A stretch of DNA of 64,000 nucleotides from Octopus vulgaris (GCA_951406725.2 OX597816.1:58838001-58902000), one strand, 5' to 3'; counted from the first letter of the stretch, positions 1 to 14,529 are shown. Notes: a model not told the origin generated them from the letters alone. Made by a program: numbers and translations.

Positions 1-357
1 AGTTAATGCTTGGCTGGTATGAAGTTAGGCCTGAATTGTTTGAAAATATCCTCTGGAGTGATGAGGCTGGGATGTTATAATACCGATCGCACACTGGAGG
101 ACTTGGAGAGACGGATTCATGAGATTCTCCATGATACCCCAGACGACATCATTCAGAAGGTTGTTCATTCCATCCCTGGCTGTTTGAGGAAACTAGTTGA
201 AGCCACCAGTGCTTACGTTGAAATATGAAGATTTACTTTCATTTTCCCATCTAATAAAGAACATGTATCTTATAAAGAACATGTTTCAATAAATTTGTAA
301 AAGGAATATGGATTTTATTACCAATTTTTAATGCCTACTTACTTTTCACCCACCCTG
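1..357 (+). mobile_element. Tc1/mariner-type transposon 3' end (transposase C-terminus plus TIR)
   Basis: ORF 10-228 'TLEDLERRIHEIL...RKLVEATSAYVEI' has the typical Tc1/mariner C-terminal pattern; ends cacccaccctg|TA. Confidence 0.65.
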
Positions 358-1129
358 TATATGCAATAGTCGAAATTTCTTTTTTTATTTGGTGTTAGTG
401 TTCGCGATCTGCAGGTTTTTCCAGTTGACGTTTATGGTTCTTCATAGTCTGTTTTGAGTTGTTGATCTCTACAAGGTCACGGCGGACACTCGTGGAATCT
501 TCTGCTGCGATTGAATTTGCCACAAAAGTTATGACATGTAAGCCTGGCGTTACTCATACAGCGTTCATGGTCATTCCATTTGAATCGACGAGTGATAACT
601 TTTACTTCGAGGCTATTTGGCTTCAAAGTCACCAATGGTTACAACATTCTACGAAGTTGTCAGATAAACATATTTAATATTTCTCTGCTGTATATGTTAT
701 ATGATACAATCTCCGTTGAACGATTCTGTGAGCCGGTGGTGAGTTGATTTGAGCGGTAAGAGGTCAACTGTGGGTTGTTTAGTTTATGTGCCTTTATCGT
801 ATTATAAAATATAACAGTAACAACCAGACTCCGGGTGTCGTTATACATCGCTAGTCACACCATACATCGCATTGTTTTAGCTTTCGAGTGACGCCACCCG
901 GCTTGTTAGGCGAGTAGGTTAACGTCTACCCTTGATCGGAAGGCTGTACCGTTGCAGGGTTACCCAGTTACAGCTGATAGACTGGAGTAACGTCAAATAA
1001 AGTGTTTTTCTCCAGAGCACAACACAACCCTCACTCTGGGAATCGAACTCAGGATCCAGCGATCGTGAGTGCAACACCCTAACTACTACGCCATGCGCCT
1101 TCACAAACCATACAAAATTATTTGAATAA

Positions 1130-1545
1130 GGCGGCGAGCTGGCAGAAACATTAGCACGCCGGGCGAAATGCGTAGCCGCTTTTCGTCTGCCGTTACGTTC
1201 TGAGTTCAAATTCCGCCGAGGTCGACTTTGCCTTTCATCCTTTCGGGGTCGATAACTTAAGTACCAGTTAAAAACTGGGGTCGATATAATCGACTTAATC
1301 CGTTCGTCTGACCTTGTTTGTCCCCTCTGCGTTTAGCCCCTTGTGGGTAGTAAAGAAATAGGTATTTCGTCAGCCGCTACGTTCTGAGTTCAAATTCCGC
1401 CGAGGTTGACTTTGCCTTTCATCTTTTCGAGATCGATTAAATGAGTACCAGTTACGCATTGGGGTCGGTATAATCGACTTAATCCTTTTGTTTGTCCTTT
1501 GTCTGTCGCCTCTATGTTTAGCACCCCCTTTGGGCAATAAAGAAA
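1130..1545 (+). mobile_element. tRNA-derived SINE with Meta-type central domain, internally dimerised; family also at 3054-3285, 6366-6587(-), 7516-7930, 19436-19650, 21433-21875, 41248-41480(-), 44775-44985(-), 47069-47275, 48746-48970, 50105-50336(-), 63790-63995
   Basis: A/B-box head (ggcgagctggcag...gagttcaaattcc) followed by gcctttcatcctttcggggtcgataaa..agtacc. Confidence 0.8.
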
Positions 1546-1968
1546 TAAAAAATATAAGTTGGATAAACTCCTTCTATGAACTGGAAAAGAACAAATTTTA
1601 TTTTGACTGTTTACTGTGGTCATTAATTTATGGACTTTGCTATGTTCTCGAATTTGCTGTTTTAAACTAATTCCGTGTTTATTTTTCGAAACTATACGTC
1701 GTGGTCCGTAACAGATTGTTCTTATCTCTTTTACACATTACAAAGCCGTAAACTTCTTTCTTTTTTTTTTTTTTCAGATCCTGTAGAACTAGTTTCAAAT
1801 CGTCGTTGAGTGCGTTATTGCCGCTGTGCTTTTATTGTTTTCACACCTGAATAAAATCTGTTATTCGTCAATTTTATTATTGCTCTTGTCACTAAGAGCT
1901 TCGGGACACTGATAAAGTAATCTGAATTCAAGCAGTGTGTGTGTATGTGTGTGTGGGTGTGTTACATC

Positions 1969-1972
<4 letters not shown>

Positions 1973-2039
<67 letters not shown>

Positions 2040-2050
2040 CATGTATGTAT

Positions 2051-2094
<44 letters not shown>

Positions 2095-2388
2095 CGCGCA
2101 TTTACATATAAAGAGTGAGAGAGAGGTGTCTGTTTTTATGTTCAGTTATAATAAAAGCAATTTTACATTAATCTGATGGGTTACTCTATACTTTTGTAGA
2201 GTACAAATTTATTAATGTTAAACAATAAATATCATTGACAGTGACTTCGAAGTCACTGTCGATAATATTCTTGTTAAAGAATAATAAATACATATGTATA
2301 TACGTACATATACATACACACACACACATATATATATATACACACACATGTATATATATGTGTGTGTGTTTATGTGTGTGCGTATGTG

Positions 2389-2448
<60 letters not shown>

Positions 2449-2480
2449 AACATACACAGACACAAACATACACACACACA
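1973..2480. repeat. (TA)n/(CA)n microsatellite cluster; others at 2870-3040, 4120-4595 (TCC/GAT), 5040-5110 (CT), 5560-5890 (GGT/GT), 19820-19985 (TAG/AAC), 25420-25570, 29470-29675
   Basis: Directly visible. Confidence 0.95.
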
Positions 2481-2531
2481 CATATGTAGCAATAATAAAT
2501 CTCTGAGCGAGATGTAAACAGTAGCAGCACG

Positions 2532-2868
2532 ATATATCGAAGAATATTTACCACCTAAAAATGGCTGACCCATATGGGACGAAGCTACTGTAGTTTATAG
2601 CCCCAGGAAGTCATCTCCCCCAGCTGGCTAACGACACACTGTCTCCTCCTTTTTCGAGATCAGTGAATGACAGGTTACTACTCAGAAACCCGGGTCCCTG
2701 TGTATCACGTAAGGCTAGAGATGTGAACCATGATTTCCCTTCGCAAATACTGATCTGGCACAGACAGTGAGTCGTTAACCAGCTGAAGGATCTGTCTTCC
2801 TGGGGCTATAAACTACAGTAGCATCGTCCCATATGGGTCAGTCACATTTAGGTGGCAAATATACTTCG

Positions 2869-2874
<6 letters not shown>
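2532..2874. mobile_element. MITE with ~100-bp imperfect TIRs in a (TA)n context
   Basis: ctgacccatatgggacgaagctactgtagtttatagccccaggaag is mirrored at 2797-2841. Confidence 0.75.
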
Positions 2875-2949
<75 letters not shown>

Positions 2950-2967
2950 CATACATACATACATACA

Positions 2968-3043
<76 letters not shown>

Positions 3044-4544
3044 TACATTGTAGGGCGGCGAGCTGGCAGAAACATTAGCACGCCGGGCGGAATGCTTAGC
3101 GGTATTTCGTCTGCCGTTACGTTCTGAGTTCAAATTCCGCCGAGGTCGACTTTGCCTTTCATCCTTTCGGGGTCGATAAATAAAGTACCAGTTTCGCACT
3201 GGGGTCGATGTAATCGACTTAATCCGTTTGTCTGTACTTGTTTGTCCCCTGTATGTTTGTCCCCTCTATGTGGGCAGCAAAGAAATATATATACGTACAT
3301 ACATATATGTATGTGCCTGTTCGCTTAGCCAGCGGGGTGGCGTCATTTGAAGGTTAAAACAATGCGAAGCGCATTGTGACCAGCGATGTGTAGCAACATC
3401 TGATAGACTGGTTGGTCACGGTGATCACATATATGTATGTATGTATGTATGTCTCTTCTACTTTTTAATTATTATAAATCTTCCACTGAAGAGGGAGGCC
3501 GATTTCTAACAAAGATACAAGGGTCCATCTTTGGGATGTAGTTAACACAAATTCACATTTGGAACTTGAGAAAAGTCTTGAGATGAAGAGTAATAATTTC
3601 ATATCTATAAAGATATTTTGGTGAGATGGCTAGCATTGGTTTCGCAGTGTTCTTCTTTAGGTTCTGCTTAACTACACGTGGTAGAGAAAATGATGAAAAT
3701 CATTTTTAAAAACATATTTTTCCAAGCTTTAGTGTTCATTGTTGTAAAAGTGTAAAGGTGTAGGTTACTTCTCTTTAAATGACAAAAGGAATGATGTCAA
3801 AACTACTTGGAATATCATGTAAATATTTTAAGTTGAAAGATATAAAAAAAAGTCATGCATGATTAAGTGAGATTAGTTTCCATGAGTGGAGGAATACAAT
3901 AGAGATGAGAGAATGGAGACGAGTGTGTAGAAAGGGAAAATTAGATCTATAAAAGGAAAAAAAAATGCTGGAAGAGGAAAGATTAAAGGAAGTCTGAGGT
4001 GAAACATTATCAGAAGTCTGTACGCTTGTGTTGTTCAAGTCGGCAGAAAACGGGGTTTTCCAGTTGCATAATAAATGCTTCTTAAGGTGTCTGCATTTCC
4101 CATCCTTCTCCTAATCATCCTAATCTTCCTCCTCCTCCTCCTCTTCCTCCTCCTCTTCTTCATCATCATCTTCATCATCATTGCTGTCATCATTATGATC
4201 ATAATCGTCGTCGTCCTCGTTGTCATCAGAAACGTATTATATTTTACATACGATCTTTTATGATTACGATTTTTGTCTGTCTCCGTGAGTCTCTGTTGCA
4301 TGTTTAGTATATGCAAGTGTGGTATAGAGAGGGAGATACACAGATACATACATACACACACACACGCACACACACGCACACACACATACACACACACACA
4401 CATGTTTGTACCGGCAAAATTGACCGTGATGAATACGATAACGAGGGAGAGGATGACGACGATGGCGGTGGCGCCGGTGGTAGTGGTCATCGTCGTCATT
4501 GTTTGTTCATTAGTGAAGATGACGGTGATTATGATGATGATGAC

Positions 4545-4576
<32 letters not shown>

Positions 4577-5078
4577 CGACGACGACGACGACGACACGCA
4601 CTTAAATTTACACAAATGAATATATCGTTGTTATTATGCAAAAGTACCGTAAGTCCGAAACGTTGCTTTTTCAAAAAACGAAACAATAGTTTCACCATTC
4701 CATTTCTTTTTACATTAGAAACAGTTTCAGCCTATCAATAATATTTTGTTGGCTGCATAAAATGGTAATTCTATGCATATATGATGTTTTCAGTCAGAAG
4801 TATTTTTGCAAAACTGTTGTATGTGGGACTTACTACACTTTTGAAAAATGCTAAACCATTGTACTAAACTTTGATACTTTTTGATATCTTGGCATCTAGA
4901 GCAGCAGGAGATACGATAGTTTGACCAAAACAACCGGATATTGCAAGCAAAATTTAATATTGAAAAAAAAACAAAAACATTTGGCCAAATTTGGGCATAT
5001 GACAGTTTAACATAATAGCAACGATATGTGTTTCCGCTCTCTCTCTCACTCTCTCCTTCTCTCTTTCTCTCTCTCTCC

Positions 5079-5109
<31 letters not shown>

Positions 5110-5796
5110 ATTCTCTCGGTAGTGATGATGATGTGATGGTGTTGAGGGGTGCTGGTAGAGGAGGTAATTGTTGTTGTGGTTGCTGTTGCAGTTGCTGTTG
5201 AGCGTAGCGGTCTTCGTCCCTGTGGGAGAAGTCCGAAACGTGGTCCTTTGCTATTCGTAAGACCCGCAGAAGAGAAAGCAGGTCAACCCCCGACACCGAG
5301 AGCATCGACGGATGGATGAATGCGCATCCAGGCTCAGCGGTTGCGTAGGAAGTCGGGGACAAGAAACAGGAAGAAAGAGTGAGAGAAAGTTGGAGCGAAA
5401 CAGTACAACAGGGGTCGCCACAACCCCCTACCGGAGCCTCGTGGAGCTTTAGGTGTTTTCGCTCAATAAACACACACAACGCCCGGTCTGGGAATCGAAA
5501 CCACGATCCTCCGACCGCGAGTCCGCTGCCCTAACCATTGCGCCTCCACTTGTTTTTGTTGTTGTGGTTGTGGTGGTGGTGGTGGTGGTGGTGGTGGCTG
5601 CGGCGGTGGCGGCGGCGGTGGTGGTGGTGGTGGTGGTGGTGGTGGTGGTGGCGGTGTGTTGTTTTCTTTTTAACACCACTCAACATGTCTAATCAAAACA
5701 TGAGAAATGTTTTGACAGAAAGTGTCATCTGGCCCAGAAATATTTCTGTCCCAAACATTTCATCAGTATCATCATTAGTTGTCGCTTTTTTAATAG

Positions 5797-5866
<70 letters not shown>

Positions 5867-6927
5867 GTGTGTGTGCGTGTGTGTGACCGTGCGTGTGTTT
5901 GTTTTGTAATTAAAAACGTGATGGACAGTCTTTGAACAGTAAATTTATAGTGTAAATTCCTCATTTGAGTCTCTGAATAGAACAACCAGATCTAGGTTCG
6001 AACCCACAGGCACCACATGCAACATGTTAATAACTTCCAGTATGTTACAACCAATAACCACAGCAGAGAAAATGTCGTTATGGCTTAATCACGAAAGAAA
6101 AGGCAGAGCACGTGACCTTTGTGTTCTGGGATTCAAGCTGCTTTTGTTGGGGAGGGAGGAGGAAACTAAGGTTAATGACTGGGTGACGGTGATTAAGTAG
6201 ACTTTACCATCCAAATGCAGGTGGGGGTCCACCATGTGTCACAACAGAATTTCGATTTTGGATCAATTCAAAGCTGACAGAATATACCTGCCCACCATGC
6301 CTCGCAATGGATTCGATCCCATAATATGATTGAGAAGTAGGCGCTATATACAAATTAATATATATTTCTTTATTGCCTACAGGAGGCTAAATATAGAGGG
6401 GACAAACAAGGACAGACAAAGAGATTAAGTCGATTACATCGACCTCAGTGTGTAACTGGTACTTATTTAATCGACCCCAAAAGGATGAAAGGCAAAGTCG
6501 ACCTCGGCGGAATTTGAACGTAACAGTAGACGAAATACCGCCAGGCAGTTCGCCCGGCGTGCTAACGATTCTTTCGGCTCACCACCCTATAATATAGTTT
6601 AAACTTTTCTTTTTATAAAGTGGTGAAAGACTTTTTTTTATCAGCTAGTCTTAGACTGAAGGTAGGTAGCCTAATGGTTAGAGTGTGGCATTCACGATCG
6701 TAAGATTGTTGTTTCGATTCCCGGACAGGAGGGTGAATTGTGTTCTTGAGTAGAACACTTTATTTCACGTTGGCTCAGTCCCCTCGGCTGTAAAACGAGC
6801 TCCAACAATAGGTAGGAAGTTGACATGGCAACCGTCTGACATCCCATTCAGGTGTGTGTTCAATCGCACTGAAAATAGGGTTCGTCTCCAGCGTTATGAG
6901 TGCTGGGGGTTATGAGAGCCCTTAAGT

Positions 6928-7190
6928 CTAAGTATAAGGTGTAGAGGAAGGCGCAGGGCCGACGACCTTTGCAGGTCTTCGGATATAATTGAAACTGAAA
7001 TCGTTAACATTCCATTTAAACTGGTAAAAGTTGACGATTGTAAGAGAAATGTGTGAAAGACACGAATTCAAGAGGGACAACGTTCTGCGGAGGAAGGAAT
7101 GGGTGAAGGGATTAACGCAGGACAAGCGAATAGGTGTACAAAACATGGGGGATGAAAAAAGCAGAGATAGGTGAATATGTCGGGTCAATG
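6928..7190 (-). mobile_element. CR1/Jockey-group LINE 3' fragment, decayed
   Basis: 'HSFLRRTLSLLNS...FKWNVN' resembles the SFFPRT..LWNSLP...FK..VN terminus. Confidence 0.45.
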
Positions 7191-8102
7191 TAATATATAA
7201 ATCGCTGAGATAATTTGCAGTTTTTCATTCAATTTCTGGAATGTGATAAATTCTTGTATCTATCCAAGAAATTAAATGATTGATCTGTCTGAGTATAAAA
7301 CGTATTGGCATACTTATTAACGGAATGTAGAGTCATTGGGGTCATTGGAGTCATTTCATTGTGTTTCTAATTAAAAAGCTTTATATTTCTTTACCTTTCT
7401 GTCTACCCGTCTACTAATTAAGACGTAGTAAATAATCTGGGCTTACTTTAATTAGTTGCTAAACCATATAATTTCTTACTGATATTAAGGAGTAATACAT
7501 AATAGTTAAATAAAGCGGCGAGGAGCTGGCAGAAACGTTAGACCGCCGGGCGAAATGCTTAGCGGTATTTCGTCTGCCGCTACGTTCTGAGTTCAAATTC
7601 CGCCGAGGTTGACTTTGCCTTTCATCCTTTCGGGGTCGATTAAATAAGTGCCAGTTACGCACTAAGGTCGATATAATCGACTTAATCTGTTTGTCTATCC
7701 TTGTTTGTCCTCTCTGTGTTTAGCCCCTTGTGGGTAGTAAAGAAATAGGTATGTGTGTCTGTTTTTACGTTCTGAGTTCAAATTCCGCCGAGGTCGACTT
7801 TTCCTTTCATCCTTTCGGGGTCGATTAAATAAGTATCAGTCACGCACTTGGGTCGATGTAATCGACTTAATCCCTTTGTCTGTTCTTGCTTGTCCCCTCT
7901 ATATTTAACCCCTTGTGGGCAATAAAGAAATAAATAAAACTGATCTAAATGTCTGGGTAAGACAACGGGTGGCTGCAGCCGTATCGAGCTTTGAACCAAT
8001 GTGTACCCTAACCTTGGCCTTTGACTTGGGATGGTGCAATGATTTGGGAGTGGTTGCTTGGCGACAGACCATGCTGTCTTTATAGCTGGGGGTGCTGAAC
8101 AA

Positions 8103-8554
8103 GGGTACGGACAAAAACCCCTACTTAAAGTGTGAAAGTGGACAAAAACCCCATGCTTATATTTTTCGGGGGGGTTTTTTCCACATTTCTTGACGCCTAG
8201 CCTGGTAAAAATTTCTGATATATTTCGTTTTTATTTTCATTTTACTTGTTGCAATCATTAAACTGAGGTCATGCTGAGGCATCACCTCGAAAAAGTTTTA
8301 ATCGAATGTATCGACTCCAATATTTTTTTAATGATTTTTAACAAGCACATAGTTGAGCCTAAAAGGTCTTTCCACATGCTAGAGATAACAGCTTAATCTT
8401 TAAACATTATTTTTATATAATTTCAAATAAACAAAAACAGAAACCGCGGTTGTAAAAAAAACAGAAAACACTTTCATACTTTAACTATGGGAGTTTGTTT
8501 GAGGGGCTTTTGTCTTAGGGGGCTTTTTTCATAAGGGTCTTTTGTATTACACCC
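8103..8554. mobile_element. Mutator-like MITE
   Basis: 9-bp TSD gctgaaca(a/g); GGG...CCC ends; subterminal ggacaaaaacccc / ggggcttttgtc repeats. Confidence 0.6.
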
Positions 8555-8870
8555 GCTGAACAGAACTCTAAAAACTGTACTGTTTATAAAATTTGATTAT
8601 GTCTCTGTTGTGTGGAAATAGAACACCCCCATGGTAGAATGGATGGATAAGTCCACCAGGATAAATATGGTGGAGTAATGCCAATGGGTTCGACAGTTCA
8701 TGAGCAATGTGTCGAGTCGGGAGTTCAAGTACTAACGGTGAGCGGACAAATATCTAGTACTATCTCTTAAACAGACTTAATGTATTATTTTATTATGTCG
8801 TACGAGAACTGTACGATACAAGTCTCTCAAGAAAAACTCAGAATACGAAATAGAATCAGGTTACATTTAT

Positions 8871-11240
8871 TTAATACAACTGCAATCTACGACAACGCAA
8901 GGAAAAAAATTTAAGAAAATCGCCCTTCTCTATACTTGATTTGTATTTATTAAGAGAAGCAAATATCACGAGATTTGATTTTCGCTGGTGCTTCACATTT
9001 CGTTGAAAGGGTGTCATAATTCGAGTTAGCGTCGAAAACGATGATTCACATGTAGCTGGGCTAGATCCAAATGTTAATGCTGTACCATACAAAGGATAAA
9101 CATTTGGAAAGGCATCCTGTGCAATACGTAAAGATCCAAAAATATCAAGCAGTGTCATCATAATTTGTTGGGAAATGTTTGCTTTAGCCACAGTAATTTC
9201 AGAAAGTAAGGTCAATTTATCGCAATTAACTAAATTGCTGGCATTCCTTCGATATCACAAAATCAGAACATTTCACTTCGGGTATTTCCGTGGGTTGTGG
9301 AGTGTAGATATAACGAAATTATTCCAGCAATGTCTCATTTTAAACTTGAAGAAAAAAGCCTTGCATATTTGTTCTTACCTGTTTCATGTGTGTATGTAAA
9401 ATCCACAAATTTCCAAGCAGAAAACAGAATCGAACTGTCTTTTGCTTCTACGGAAATACCCGAAATGAAATGTTTTGATTTTGTCGAGTTATATCGAAAG
9501 AATGCCAAATTGCTCAAAGGTTTTAAAGCACCAAAATCTAAAAATGTCTCAGACGTTGGTAGGAAGAATATATACTATCGCTTTGCTCTGAAAATCTATT
9601 ATCTAGCTCTCTCAGGCTTTCGTCGATGATCACGATATAAATTTTGCGATGAAAGGTTATCCAGTCATCTTGTGATGGTATCAGGGCTTCAACAACATAA
9701 TCTGAAAAACGTCGGGACCCGCAAGCCTTTCGACACATGCATTCCTCAATAACATTAAATTGACGCATTTGTTTTAGAATCTCATCAAATATTAAAGAGT
9801 TTCTCAGTTTGGTTATTTCACTCTTGGCAATCTTAAGAAGCCCAAGGCCATGGTATATATCACATTTGTGACTCTGAAGCTGTTTGTCTACTGGTCTAAT
9901 TATATGCAGAAATTTGCTAAGAACAAGGGCTAAGAAAAACAAACCTCAAGGAACGAACTTGATGTAAAATTCTACACACGTTTTTGAATCTGACAAATCT
10001 GTGCATTCGGTTAGCAAACCAACAATTTTGGAGTGATTTTCTATTACAGAAGCAATGGCAGTGAAATGGCCCGACTACCTATGCTCCATAAGGCGTGGCA
10101 ATTTCAATCCTTTGCAGAGACTAGCTATCTTTGGCCGTTTAATAAAATTATGAAGAATATTAACGATGTCAAAGAACTCCGGAATCCGCTTTATTGTGTT
10201 AACGACGTCAAGATGCAACTGAGGATTAAGACAATGAACATAGGGTATATATTTCTCAAGTCGATTCAGAATCTTTCTTTGAACGCCACCTATTTTACTA
10301 AACGTCACAGAAGCACCATCATAGCATTGTGACAACATACGCTTTGGATCAATGCAAAGGCTGGTTAATTCTTTAATTATAAAGTCGGCCAATGCATGAT
10401 TTTTCAGTATTACTCAAATCGCGTTCCGTCACATTTTAGCGTAAAATAAGGAACATCGGAACATTTTATTTCATCGACCACGAGGCTGACAGTGCGTCTT
10501 CTCAACAATTCGATGATTTCGTGTTGCATTCCTGCTGAGGTGTAGGTCGCATTTTATGGAATCGTGCTGTAACATTCTATTAGCTTCGAGTCTTTCTCTA
10601 ATGTGTACTGGAATAATTTCATAAAAGACCACAAGGCTGCGTGTCATCTTCCGAATAAAGATCCTAAAAAGCTTCATTTTCGTTTTCTCGAAAAGGCAAT
10701 TCGTTTGCACAAAGAAAATGAACAATATCAACAATGGAACTGATATAATAACGGTTTTTGCTCAACTGATCATTTTGAAGACACGGAAATTGTTGTGGAT
10801 AAACGCTGTTGGCGTTCCTTCCATGTTACCATAGCTTGGATATGGGATGCAGAGTTTGCGTGCTTATTTAAACCTTTGTTTTTTTTTCTTTTGCATGATG
10901 CCAATTAGAATATTCATTTTTAATAGAACAAGTATCATCTTGAGCAGAAGTATTAAAGTGCCGACAGGCAAAACAAAACAAGGCTTTCTTTGAAAGAGAA
11001 TACTCTAACCATAAACGACCAGTATACCAGCTTGACGAGAAGTCACGTCTCTGATTTCCATAAATTTTTGGATCTGTCGACCTGTCCTAGATCATCCAAT
11101 GAGGGTGTCAAAGTCTTTGCAAGATCTCCCTTGACCTGCGAAACTTCGTTTGCAATTCTCTTCTGTTTGGCATTATTAGATGTATCAGATTGGAAATTTA
11201 ACAATGATTGCTTCAGTTCTCTTTTTCGGTGGTGATTCAT
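8871..11240 (-). pseudogene. Decayed hAT transposase (ZMYM1/Tip100-like)
   Basis: Frameshifted pieces: CFACRHF zinc finger (~10960), SQCYDGASV..GGVQ..YVHCLN, ELDNRFS, and hAT dimerisation motif ALTFGSSPATCESSFSTL..RKSNL..RRLQL. Confidence 0.85.
9240..9506. mobile_element. MITE nested in the hAT transposase
   Basis: 8-bp TSD aaattgct (9232-9239, 9507-9514); TIRs ggcattcYttcgatat / atatcgaaagaatgcc. Confidence 0.8.
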
Positions 11241-12423
11241 TATTTTTGGGCACCGATATTCGCAATAATTAATTCTAAGGTAGAATATCGTAGTAAGAGT
11301 AACAATTTCTTAAAATCTATGTATTTTAAAATTAAACTCGTAAGAGATTTCAGTTCAAGCAATTTTTTTTTCAATTTCTTCAAAGTTATGCTTTTTTTAG
11401 TTAAACACAAAATGATTTCTGAATAAACTTTGTTCAAAGAGTAAGATAAATTATTCAGTGGAAGTTCCCACCGGAAAAATCCTTTCTGAATGTATATTTT
11501 TGGAAATTTCAAAAATGTTCTTTCCTTTCTCGCGAATAAATTATCCTCTCTGACTAGTAGAAATAAAATGACTTTTTTAATGTCCGCCTCTGTTCATATA
11601 CGTTTGTAGTGATGCGTTTACTACCATAAATTTCTAACTACAGCAACTATTCTTCACATACTTTTCAAAAGCAACAACGACAATCACCAGCACCACCGCC
11701 GCCGTCGCCACCACGACGATGACCACAACAACAACAACAACAACTGACCCAGCGTCAGCCAGTCCTTAATTCAACCCACAGTTGATGACCAGGTCAACAG
11801 CCAATTCTGCGACAATAATTACAGCTACAACAAACACTTTGACCAGCTCTAATTTACCCACGTTTTCAAATCAAAAGAAATTCAATTTATTGAAACTTTA
11901 GCGACTTCAGATATTGCATATGAGAAAAAGCAGCGAGCGTACACCTTAAAAGCTAAAGCAAATCCGAAAGTGATCTCCCTTGAAGTAGAAGTTTTTCACC
12001 TGAGTTACCTCCCCTACATTCTTTTTTTCTTCTTCGTAAGTTTTAGAAGGCGCCGATGAGTAGATCCATTATGTGCCAGAAATAGCAGCTAGGTTCCTCA
12101 GAACTAGAACTGTACAGTCATAAACTAGGAAGCATACAAGTTTCCTGTGAATTAGAGACAAACAAAAAAGTGCTTAGACAATTTCAGAGCCAAAATGATT
12201 CGACGCTAGTGGTTATTAAGTAGGCAATCTCTGAATGGTGACGAGGCGTGCTAGAAATAGCAGTCAAATTTCAGTCAAATCACACCACTATTGTCTTCAA
12301 AATCGGACGCTATTAATAATGCAATTCCGGATATATAAACAAGACGGAGGAAAGGAGGGGGTACATCCAGAAAGACTTTGCTGCCAAGCTTGCACGTTCG
12401 AAACCAACCCGAAACTCAACAGT

Positions 12424-12800
12424 GGGGCGCAATGGCCCAGTGGTTAGGGCAGCGGACTTGCGGTCGGAGGATCGCGGTTTCGATTCCCAGACCGGGCGTT
12501 GTGTGTGTTTATCGAGCAAAAACACCTAAAGCTCACAAGGCTCCGGCAGGGGGTTGTGGCGACCCCAGTTGTACTCTTTCGCTCCAACTTTCTCTCACTC
12601 TTTCTTTCTGTTCCTTGTCCCCGACTTCCTACGCAACCGCTGAGCCTGGATGCGCATTCATCCATCCGTCGATGCTCTCGGTGTCGGGGGTTGACCTGCT
12701 TTCTCTTCTGCGGGTCTTACGATTAGCAAAGGACCACGTTTCGGACTTCTCCCACTGGGACGAAGACCGCTTCGCTCAACAAACAAACAACAACAACAAC
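12424..12800 (+). mobile_element. tRNA-derived SINE (octopus OR-like); related copies 845-1103(-), 5200-5549(-), 16690-16991(-), 35381-35676, 42951-43266
   Basis: tggcccagtggttagggcagcggact...gtttcgattcc A/B boxes; shared body; (AAC)n tail in this variant. Confidence 0.75.
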
Positions 12801-13473
12801 CATATTCATGTGACTAGGCAATAATGCAGCTAATTTCAGTTTATTTCATGAAAATTTAAGACATTAATTAAAGAGTATGACTAATTAATGGCATCAGAAA
12901 TATGAAGAGATGGAGAAATCCATTGTACAGGACTTGATGGGGTCATGATGTAATGGTTACATATATTTAGAATCCATCTTACACGGAGTGAGGGGCTGGA
13001 TACACTGACCTCTTTTGACATTAGAAAACTGAAATATTAATACTGAGATTTTTGTATACACTACTCAAGTGGGCCTCAGCCATCCCGATTTTGTGGAGGA
13101 AATCAGCAGTGCAGGGTTCGAGGTCACCGGAGGTCTCGACGGCAACCAGCACAAACTGATGGCGACCGGTCAGTCACCTGCATCTGTTTATCTTCTTTTC
13201 CTCTGCGTTATGGCTAGCGATACTTGGGCTTGCGGCTGATGCAGCCAGGGTGGAACCGGAATACGCGTCACAACACGTCACGACCCAGACTAGAAACCTG
13301 TCTCACTCGAATGAGTAGGGGATTATTCTGCCGGGCCACTTCTGTTCCTTAGGTCCAGTTGAAACGAGAAGCCAACTGCATCGGGGCCCCTCTTAATTAT
13401 GCCATTCAGAACGGCATGTTGGGGGAACTGACTCACGTTACTATGTCATTCGCCTATTCACACTATGTCATAA

Positions 13474-13890
13474 GGCGGTGAGCTGGCACAATCGTTAGCA
13501 CGCTGGGTGAAATGCTTAGCGACATTTCGTCTGCCGCTACGCTCTGAGTTCAAATTCCGCCACGGTCAACTTTACCTTTCATCCTTTCAGGGTCGATAAA
13601 TTAAGTACCAGTTACGCACTGGGGTCGATATAATCGACTTAATCCGTTTATCTGTCCTTGTTTGTCCTCTCTGTGTGTAGCCCCTTGTGGGCAGTAAAAA
13701 AATAGATATTTCGTCTGCCGTTACGTTCTGAGCTCAGATTCCGCCGAGGTCGACTTTGCCTTTCATCCTTTCGGGGTCAATAAATTAAGTACCAGTTATG
13801 CACTGGGGTTGATGTAATCGACTTAATTCCTTTGTCTGTCCTTGTTTGTCCCCTCTATGTTTAGCCCCTTGTGGGCAATAAAGATATAAG
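13474..13890 (+). mobile_element. Meta-type SINE dimer with TSD
   Basis: TSD actatgtcat on both sides. Confidence 0.8.
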
Positions 13891-14167
13891 ATACTATGTC
13901 ATTCACCGCGGCAACGTCATCGCAGTCATGAACCCGAGGCACCATTGAGAGGACCATTTATTCCGGGTTGCGGGGACATTACCCCCTCATCATCATCTTC
14001 TGCTGCTTACCCTCACTTGCCCTTTTTTCTTGTTTTTTGTATTTAAATTTTATAATTTAAAATGTGATCTGTTGGTTTCATAAATAATTTACTGAAGTGC
14101 AAAACATCTCGATATTAGCTGAATGTTTATAATTTACCAGAAAATAAACAAAATCACCAAAAGTGAA

Positions 14168-14205
<38 letters not shown>

Positions 14206-14529
14206 TGTGTGACTACAGGTTAAGCGACAAGAACTGAATGTACCTTGTTTCATTACACCACAGCAAAGTAAACGTCTGCAACACTTAGAAACTTTAATAG
14301 TAGTTGCTCTTCTTCTTCTTCTTTAACCTAACTGAACAGATCAATAACTAAATGTGTTCCACTGAATATTATCTGGGCAACGTATACCTAGGACTATATT
14401 ATCCAAAACATCTCTTCTTAAATACAATATATCCCTTCAAGATAATAAGATACGACTTCAGGGAGCCCTGACTGCTATTTCTTGTAGATCACGCGACCAC
14501 ATACAGGTTCATTCAACTGTGCTGTGAAA

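Noticed and set aside
1937-5985. Many ORFs rich in YI, HT, CV, poly-M/D/V
   Set aside because: Translations of (TA)n, (CA)n, (GAT)n and (GGT)n microsatellites.
8871-11240. Domesticated ZMYM1-like host gene
   Set aside because: Multiple stops and frameshifts plus a MITE insertion.
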